A stretch of DNA of 32,000 bases, from positions 3,270,001 through 3,302,000 of the forward strand of contig NC_009925.1 in assembly GCF_000018105.1 (NCBI RefSeq), read 5' to 3'. A program made the position numbers and the translations under genes. This DNA comes from Acaryochloris marina MBIC11017. GTDB taxonomy: Bacteria; Cyanobacteriota; Cyanobacteriia; Thermosynechococcales; Thermosynechococcaceae. Under the pieces are notes generated by a model. The model did no database searches, was not told the origin of the DNA, and saw nothing but the letters and a program-made list of their open reading frames with translations. This document shows positions 26,013 through 32,000 of this stretch, in pieces (the first letter of the stretch is position 1; each line of letters opens with the position of its first letter).

Positions 26013-26465
26013 ATGCCACACACTGCATTGCCCCTTAATGTATTGCCTGGACTGACTGTTGCGTCTACGCAGTCTTCTGACCCGTCTTCGATCGTGATCA
26101 TTGATGCCGCGGTAGATCAGTACCGTTATTTGTTGATGAGCCCGCTTGACGGTATGGCAGTACATATTCTTAATGGGCAGGAAGATGGTATTGCCCAAAT
26201 TGTATCTCTGTTGAAGCAGCATCAACGGTTGTCGAGACTGTTCTTATTCTGTCAGGGAGCGTCTAGCCAGCTTATTTTGGGTAAGACTGCTTTAAGTGAT
26301 ACCAATCTGTGGATGTATGCAGATGCCATTAGAGAATGGCGCCACTATTTTGCTCAAGATGCTGAAATTTTAATTCATGGATGTAACCTGAATACGAATC
26401 GAATGGGTCAAGCTTTGATCTCGTGGTTAGGCTTGCTGGCAAGGGTCTGTGTACAGGTTGTCTAA
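26013..26465 (+). CDS. stand-alone DUF4347 domain protein (probable remnant of the N-terminus of a large exoprotein)
   Basis: IVIIDAAVDQYRYLL....VHILNGQEDGIAQIVSLLKQHQRLSRLFLFCQGASSQLILGKTALS...EILIHGCNL follows the DUF4347 pattern (vvFiD..v.dy..L......v..Ld...dG..qi...L......l..ihivsHG..G.l.LG...L......di.lYGCn.a). The ORF stops just after the domain, 23 nt before the convergent YdeI gene. GGAG lies upstream of ATG 26013. Confidence 0.55.
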   Translation: MPHTALPLNVLPGLTVASTQSSDPSSIVIIDAAVDQYRYLLMSPLDGMAVHILNGQEDGIAQIVSLLKQHQRLSRLFLFCQGASSQLILGKTALSDTNLWMYADAIREWRHYFAQDAEILIHGCNLNTNRMGQALISWLGLLARVCVQVV

Positions 26466-26488
26466 CGTCTGCTCGTTGATCGGGGGCT

Positions 26489-27049
26489 TCACCCTAATCG
26501 ACCTCCATCATTCCATTGGCCAAAGCGCTTGCCTGCAGCGGTCTTGGAAATAAAATTTTTCAGGCGTTTATCAAAGTTTTCTGGCCGCTTTCGCATTTCT
26601 TCGATATATCCGATGCGTACTCTGATGTAAAGATCGGGGAAGGTCTTGAAGTGGGTCAATGCCTTGGGCTCTGCCTGGATGGCCGCGATGATGTCCTCGG
26701 CAATATCAAACGGTAATGAGAGATCAGGCAGCTTGTTTTGTCCGGCTGAGGTCATCAACCCCAATTTAATCAGCCGTCGAGCCCGTTCTTTGTTAAGTTC
26801 AGTCCAGTGGCTGCGGGGGCGACGGGGGGTAAATCGCTGGGCTTTTTCAACGCTAGAAATGCGTTTGGCAATACCGTCGATCCAGCCAAAACAAATAGCT
26901 TCTTCAACAGAGTCGAGGTAAGAAACCGTCGGGACTGCAGGTCGATCGTCCGAGAGCAACCAAATCTCAGATGCGGATTGATGATGTTGGGTGAGCCAAT
27001 CTCGCCACTCTTTTCGGCTGGTGGCTTTGAAGGTTACCGTTACCTGCAT
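26489..27049 (-). CDS. YdeI/OmpD-associated family protein
   Basis: WRDWLTQHH....IWLL......VSYLDSVEEAICFGWIDGIAKRI...KAQRFTPRRPRSHWTELNKERARRLIKLGLMTSAG is the characteristic YdeI pattern. Confidence 0.8.
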   Translation of the reverse strand: MQVTVTFKATSRKEWRDWLTQHHQSASEIWLLSDDRPAVPTVSYLDSVEEAICFGWIDGIAKRISSVEKAQRFTPRRPRSHWTELNKERARRLIKLGLMTSAGQNKLPDLSLPFDIAEDIIAAIQAEPKALTHFKTFPDLYIRVRIGYIEEMRKRPENFDKRLKNFISKTAAGKRFGQWNDGGRLG

Positions 27050-27268
27050 AAATAAACGGCCAATGTTGTTACATTACGGTTCACCATGGAGCCAGCGGTT
27101 GATGACTGTTGCTAGAAGTGTATAGCCTGCAAACTACTATAGCGTTCTGTCTACCAGTGCTGAGATTCCAGCCTAAACTGATACTTGTCGCTTCAGTGTA
27201 ATCCTGGCAAGATATGGATTCCTTGCAAGCGTCTAGGCAGGTTTCGTGATGTTCCTAGAACTAACAGG

Positions 27269-28093
27269 TTAGATGATGGATTCAACACTAATCCCTAAGA
27301 CTCGACGGGCCTTATCCCTAATCTCTTGGCGGCGATCTTTATGTACTGCAAAATAGTTGGTTGTGCGGCGTGGATAGAGATGACTCTCAAGGAAGCCTGC
27401 TTCTGTTAGCCCATGGTCGTTGTGGGCCAGACGATTGGGCACCAAGATAGCGTAGTGGCGCTGATTGAAATACCCAAACAAGTCTTTCTTGGCGTCATTG
27501 AAATCTGATGGGATCGGCGCACTTTCAAACATGACTGTCGGACTGCTGCGTGAAAGAATGCCGATGGCTCCACGAAGCGCTCCCAGTTCGGCTCCCTCGA
27601 TGTCCATCTTGATCACGTCAACTTCGGTGTTACTGGCGATTAAATTATCCAAGCGCTTGATCGGCACCTGAATTTCTCGGATCTGGTTACTGTTGGGGTG
27701 ATGAATGGAACTGTAGCCGGTTTGCTTTAGGTCGATAAAAAACTCAATTTCGCCTTCTTTTTCTCCTACGGCACAGGCATGTACCACAACTTTTGGAAAC
27801 TTGCGGCGTAGCTGTTCTGCTTTTTCAGGTATGGCTTCTACGGCAATGATATTCACCGTTGAATCGTATCGTTGAACGGCTGAGGTGATGCTGCCAATAT
27901 GGGCACCAATATCGAGAAATGTTTTGTTGGGGTCGCAGATGGCGCAAACCAAGCGCCCGGCTAGCTGATCATTGGCAATGGTGCCTACTGCTTCTGACTG
28001 TGTAATTGCTGTCCGTAATAAATCAAGTTTCTCTCTGGAGAACATTGCGAGGTCGCCGAAACGGTTGCCAAGAAGTATCTGCTTCAAATTCAT
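27269..28093 (-). CDS. FkbM-family SAM-dependent methyltransferase
   Basis: It has FLDIGAHIGSIT (SAM motif I), IAVEAIPEKAEQL and VIKMDIEGAELGALRGA, which are typical of FkbM. Confidence 0.8.
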   Translation of the reverse strand: MNLKQILLGNRFGDLAMFSREKLDLLRTAITQSEAVGTIANDQLAGRLVCAICDPNKTFLDIGAHIGSITSAVQRYDSTVNIIAVEAIPEKAEQLRRKFPKVVVHACAVGEKEGEIEFFIDLKQTGYSSIHHPNSNQIREIQVPIKRLDNLIASNTEVDVIKMDIEGAELGALRGAIGILSRSSPTVMFESAPIPSDFNDAKKDLFGYFNQRHYAILVPNRLAHNDHGLTEAGFLESHLYPRRTTNYFAVHKDRRQEIRDKARRVLGISVESII

Positions 28094-28217
28094 AGGGGTT
28101 TACCCATTGGGTTCGATTGCGACCTGCGGACAATTATAGGGATGGCGCGGATCCTACACACCAGGCCAGTTTGACACCTGGAATACTGCGTTATGATACC
28201 CAGACTGAAATCCCTTG

Positions 28218-28772
28218 TCATAAAGAATTAGGAAGATGGGTGCTGATGAGCTGTTGTAAGTTGAGATGGCAACAGGCCGGTTGGAAACCATCGCAAATCT
28301 GTTCCAGTTCCAATAAGGCAATATAAGGATCGCCTTCTAACCCAAGAATTTTGGCAAAAGCAGGTTCGGTTTTAATGCCCCTGTGCTTGAGCTGCTGTAC
28401 TGCAATTCTAAGACTTGGCTCCAATTCAAGCAGGCGTTGCTCTATTCTGAAATGGCGAACCCCCCACTGTTGTTCGGTGGGGATGGTTTGACAGAATAAT
28501 TCGATATCCCATCCCAACGCATGGAATTGAACCATCACTGCAGGTAAATTCTGAGCGGTAGAGTCATAACACTGATAGCCATTCAGCTTGCCAAAGTTTT
28601 GGTGGGAATAGTGGCGGAAGTGAGATAGATCTTCAGCCGAGCACGCGATATCGATATCACTCAGGTCAACGTCAAGATTCAGGGGCGGTGTCCCAATCAC
28701 ACAAGGCTTAAATGGGTGAAGAACTCTAAGCAAGCTGAGTTCGTCAACGACATGGTTAAAGTCTGGTTTCAT
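28218..28772 (-). CDS. DUF4269 domain protein (pol-beta-type nucleotidyltransferase-like motif)
   Basis: It has IGTPPLNLDVDLSDIDIAC (G-[ST]-x9-13-D-x-D pattern) and C-terminal KTEPAFAKILGLEGDPYIALLELE, which I recall as the DUF4269 signature. Confidence 0.6.
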   Translation of the reverse strand: MKPDFNHVVDELSLLRVLHPFKPCVIGTPPLNLDVDLSDIDIACSAEDLSHFRHYSHQNFGKLNGYQCYDSTAQNLPAVMVQFHALGWDIELFCQTIPTEQQWGVRHFRIEQRLLELEPSLRIAVQQLKHRGIKTEPAFAKILGLEGDPYIALLELEQICDGFQPACCHLNLQQLISTHLPNSL

Positions 28773-29048
28773 GGATGCTGCCTTGATTTTAAGTATTGAG
28801 CAGAGCAGCTATCAGCGCCATTAGAAGGCTAAAGTAGTGAGTCAGTCAGTGACCTAGGATTAAAAAAGCTACACCGATGATCGGATGATACCAAAGCAGT
28901 CTTAAGGGTTGACTGGAGTCTCTGACTGAATTTGTATGACTCTATCAATGCTTATAAAAGGCAAGCCAGCATTACGTAAAGCGTTGATGAGTGAGTCTGA
29001 ATGGTCAATTCTCCTCTTCAATAGGGCTACTCAAGACTGACAGATTCC

Positions 29049-30725
29049 CTAGTAGCTGTATCTAACACTAAAGTGAAAGCCTTCATCTTGAACATTGTTG
29101 CCTCGGTCACTCAAATCTACAAATGGCACAGCATAATCAAGACGAATATTGAGTCCAGAAACAGGCTCCAAAAGCAGACCTAAGCCTGAGCTAATCAAAA
29201 ATTGCTCCCCAAAGATGAGATTAGGATTATTGTTGGAGTTAAAAACGTAACCCAGATCTAAGAAGGGGGCAATCTGAATGACTGGACTTTCTTTTTTATT
29301 GCGAACAAGGGTAATGCGATCTTCAATGGAAAACCGCAAGCCATTATCCCCAGAACGGACATTTTGACGGAAGCCTCTCACGGATTGCCCACCCCCGATG
29401 ACGAACTGTTCTGAAGCCAACAAACTATCAGGACTAAACTGGGCACTTCCTTGCATAATCAACAAATTGTTCTTGCCTAAGCGCTGCACCCGCTGAGCCT
29501 GTCCTAACCAGCTAAAGAATTGGCCATCTGGAATAGCCCCAGTGTTATTCGTTGCATTGAACAACCCAGTACCTAAACTAAATTGTGACTGTAAAGCCCA
29601 AGCTCCAGTAGAATCGCGTTTAATATAGTCTTGACCAAATTTGAAGACGCTGGTGCGGCTGATGCCATTGGCATCAGGGCCAATACCGAAAGGGAAGGGA
29701 GAATTAAACAAAAAGGTCTGCCCATCTCGGTAGGCAAACGCAAGGGAGAGGGCAAATTCTTCTCTGGGATTACGAATCAGCGGTTGCCGGAAGCTAATTT
29801 CATAGAATTCAGAATTGCCATCAAAATCTAAGGTCGTTTGGGTTTGAGAACTATCGGTAATCAAAGCCCGAAGCTGTAAGGTGCCATCTTTAGCATTGAG
29901 GGGAATGCGGTAACCCACATCGTAAAGATTCGATCCACCCGTGGTAGATCGACTATAGCTGAGGCTGAGTTGATCACCCCAACCCGTCGCATTGCGATAG
30001 CTAACCCCAACACCCGTGCGGACTCCTCCCACACTTGGGGGTGAATAATTGTCAACAGAGACGTCAAAATTGAAAGGTTTGGATTCTTTAACAACCACAG
30101 AGAGAATGCTTTCCCCAGCATTTTCACCCGGGGCAAGAGTGCCATTAACGGTTTCAAATAGGGGATCGAGCTGCAACAGTCGGAGCTGGTCTTCAATGGC
30201 TCCTAGTTGAGCAGGGGTGCTAGTACCCAGAGCGAGTCGCTTTTTTAAGTAGCCTGTTTTGGTTTGTGTATTACCCTCAATGCGGATATCGCTAATAGTC
30301 CCTTCTATGACCTGGATTTGGACTGTGCCATCAGTAATCTCTTGTTCAGAAAGGACTGCACGAGAAGTGAGATAGCCTTGATCGAAATAAAGCTGAGTAA
30401 TGGCTTCAGTCAGGGCTTGTAGCTCATTGATAGAAACGTCTCGGCCTTCGAGAGGCGTCACGAGAGGTTCAAAGTCAGTTGGAGTGAAAACAGTACTGCC
30501 AATGATGTCGATTTGGGTGACAGAAAGGGTTGTCTGACCGTCGGGGGTCTTCACTGCCGGAGGAGCCGGGGCAGGCGTAATCGGATCGTCAGTCTCTGCT
30601 GGCAAGGCATCTTCAGGATTGGGCAAAGGTTGAGGAATTCGGTCTTGGTTTGGATCGGGGCGTTGGGCCAAGGCAGGAGAGGCGAGGAAAAGGAGAAGAA
30701 GGGCCGTTGAGGAAAAAAGTTGCAT
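29049..30725 (-). CDS. ShlB/FhaC/HecB-family two-partner-secretion transporter (TpsB; POTRA + 16-strand barrel)
   Basis: From ATG 30725 the signal peptide is MQLFSSTALLLLFLASPALAQ. The POTRA region is VTQIDIIGSTVFTPTDFEPLV...INELQALTEAITQLYFDQGYLTSRAVLSEQEITDGTVQIQVIEGTISDIRIEGN. The C-terminal strand ends in FHFSVRYSY. The track start (TTG 30740) adds 5 aa. Confidence 0.85.
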   Translation of the reverse strand: MQLFSSTALLLLFLASPALAQRPDPNQDRIPQPLPNPEDALPAETDDPITPAPAPPAVKTPDGQTTLSVTQIDIIGSTVFTPTDFEPLVTPLEGRDVSINELQALTEAITQLYFDQGYLTSRAVLSEQEITDGTVQIQVIEGTISDIRIEGNTQTKTGYLKKRLALGTSTPAQLGAIEDQLRLLQLDPLFETVNGTLAPGENAGESILSVVVKESKPFNFDVSVDNYSPPSVGGVRTGVGVSYRNATGWGDQLSLSYSRSTTGGSNLYDVGYRIPLNAKDGTLQLRALITDSSQTQTTLDFDGNSEFYEISFRQPLIRNPREEFALSLAFAYRDGQTFLFNSPFPFGIGPDANGISRTSVFKFGQDYIKRDSTGAWALQSQFSLGTGLFNATNNTGAIPDGQFFSWLGQAQRVQRLGKNNLLIMQGSAQFSPDSLLASEQFVIGGGQSVRGFRQNVRSGDNGLRFSIEDRITLVRNKKESPVIQIAPFLDLGYVFNSNNNPNLIFGEQFLISSGLGLLLEPVSGLNIRLDYAVPFVDLSDRGNNVQDEGFHFSVRYSY

Positions 30726-30915
30726 AAGAAAATGCGTCAATAGGAACGAAGGATTGAATACGGGATTCGATTAAACCTGAAACCTGAAAACTAAAACCGA
30801 CGTTGTATAGATAGGGAATGGTGTGGGCTCATGCCATTCCGAATTCAATATCTGTATGGATGAAGGGCAGCTGAGTCACTGACAAAACAACATGCACTCA
30901 AAGAATTCGGATTAA

Positions 30916-32000
30916 TCAGGGACAGTCAGCCCCTAACGCTTCTTGACTTTCTTCTGGAGGAGGGGTTTGACCTTGAACATCAGGAATATCAATATCTACC
31001 TCCAAATTCACTGTAGGAACTGCTCCGCAGGCAACATCAGATGTCTTTGACAACTCCTGTAGATCAGTCCAAAATCCTAAGAATTCCGTTGCAGGGATAT
31101 CAGGGGTGGTTGGCGCAATGGGTGAGTTTGTCAGGGTAAAATTACCTGCCGTAACGCCAACACCAGTAGCAGTAACTGTAAAGGTACCCGCCGTATCATT
31201 AGCTGTGGCGCTCACACTGGCTACCCCATTATTGTCGGTGGTGGCGGTGGTCGCGCTGAGGGTGCTAGAGGCTCCAGTGCTCGGTGCACTGTAGTTCAGG
31301 GTCGTGTTGGGGACCAGATTGCCAAACTGGTCAGTGACGGTAACATCTAACGTATTCGCAAAGGCGGTGTTGACGGTGGTTGATTGGTTGTTCCCCCCAC
31401 TGATGGTTAACAAAGCCGGAACATCGGGAGTATTGGTGAGGTTGAAGCTGACTGGGGCAAGGGTGCCAGAGCTGCTAGAGATCACATAGCTGCCAGCCAC
31501 GGTATTGCCAGTGGCACTCACTCTGGCTACCCCATTACTATCAGTGGTGGCGGTGGTCGCGCTGAGGGTGCTGGAGGCTCCGGTGCTCGGTGCGCTGTAG
31601 TTCAGGGTCGTGTTGGGGACTAGATTGCCAAACTGATCCGTGACGGTCACATCTAACGTATTCGCAAAGGCGGTGTTGACGGTGGTTGATTGGTCATTCC
31701 CCCCACTGATGGTTAACAAAGCCGGAACATCGGGGGTATTGGTGAGGTTGAAGCTGGCCGGGGTAAGGGTGCCAGAGCTGCTAGAGATTACATAGCTGCC
31801 AGCCACGGTATTGGCAGTCAAAGTGGGAGCTGTGGCCACCCCTGTGGCATTGGTGACTACAGTGGTGGTCGGGTTGCCATTGAAACTCCCCGTTGCCCCC
31901 GTGGGTGAAGGGGTAGCCGTAAAGGTAACATTGAGCCCCGATACTGGAAGGGGTGAATTAGCAAAGTTTTCTGTGACTTGAGCTTCTAGAGCTGTGGTGA
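30916..32000 (-). CDS. large repetitive exoprotein, bacterial Ig-like (Big_1/invasin-type) repeats; N-terminus outside window
   Basis: The reading frame is open from 31998 down to the stop at 30916-30918. The track ORF merely begins at the first GTG (31839). The 102-aa repeats read FNLTNTPDVPALLTISGGN.QSTTVNTAFANTLDVTVTDQFGNLVPNTTLNYSAPSTGASSTLSATTATTD.NGVA.VSAT.N..AG. It lies directly upstream of, and co-oriented with, the TpsB gene. Confidence 0.8.
   Translation of the reverse strand, partial: TTALEAQVTENFANSPLPVSGLNVTFTATPSPTGATGSFNGNPTTTVVTNATGVATAPTLTANTVAGSYVISSSSGTLTPASFNLTNTPDVPALLTISGGNDQSTTVNTAFANTLDVTVTDQFGNLVPNTTLNYSAPSTGASSTLSATTATTDSNGVARVSATGNTVAGSYVISSSSGTLAPVSFNLTNTPDVPALLTISGGNNQSTTVNTAFANTLDVTVTDQFGNLVPNTTLNYSAPSTGASSTLSATTATTDNNGVASVSATANDTAGTFTVTATGVGVTAGNFTLTNSPIAPTTPDIPATEFLGFWTDLQELSKTSDVACGAVPTVNLEVDIDIPDVQGQTPPPEESQEALGADCP
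31205..31810. repeat. two near-identical 306-nt tandem repeat units inside the exoprotein gene
   Basis: GTTGAAGCTG occurs at 31441 and 31747, and CTGGCTACCCCATTA.T.TC.GTGGTGGCGGTGGTCGCGCTGAGGGTGCT recurs ~306 nt apart. Only scattered substitutions separate the units, and a third, more diverged unit follows on either side. Confidence 0.8.

Noticed and set aside
1-32000. Search for CRISPR arrays, tRNA/rRNA genes, transposases, integrases and phage genes
   Set aside because: I saw no regularly spaced direct repeats other than the coding 306-nt units. There is no cloverleaf-like GTTCGAATC/T-loop context, no DDE/tyrosine recombinase motif and no terminal inverted repeats. This is visual inspection only, so short ncRNAs could be missed.

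Overview
This is a cyanobacterial chromosomal segment. The HIP1 palindrome GCGATCGC occurs at least 15 times, and photosynthesis and light-stress genes are present. No rRNA, tRNA, CRISPR array, transposase or prophage genes were recognised. All calls rest on reading the translations and DNA by eye. No BLAST or HMM search was possible, so family names are motif-based recollections.

Gene content by region:
- 1-5.6 kb: a compact high-light module. It holds rpaB (cut by the window edge), two HliC-like HLIP genes (one missing from the ORF track), a group-2 sigma factor, a PGR5-like gene and an FtsH protease. Arrays of HLR1-type (G/T)TTACA direct repeats lie in front of both hli genes and pgr5.
- 6-12 kb: a secreted beta-propeller-like protein, a split YeeE/YedE pair, a receiver-only OmpR-type remnant, a DsbA-like protein, gdhA and a DEP-domain protein in AT-rich DNA.
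- 12.6-17 kb: DUF3179 and TetR genes arranged divergently, an FMN reductase, an alpha/beta hydrolase and a TPR protein.
- 17.2-20.3 kb: an operon of a soluble cNMP-domain histidine kinase and a receiver + degenerate glutaredoxin-like + thioredoxin-reductase-like fusion that lacks the CxxC dithiol.
- 20.3-21.9 kb: gene-poor DNA with a decayed SDR gene.
- 21.9-25.5 kb: an 1188-aa HTH + NB-ARC + ~14xWD40 STAND NTPase.
- 26-32 kb: an accessory mix of an orphan DUF4347 stub, YdeI, an FkbM methyltransferase, DUF4269, a TpsB/ShlB transporter and a large Ig-like repeat exoprotein with near-identical 306-nt tandem repeats that runs off the window.

The most interesting candidates are the kinase/REC-TrxR-like pair, the STAND protein and the clustered RpaB/HLR1 module.
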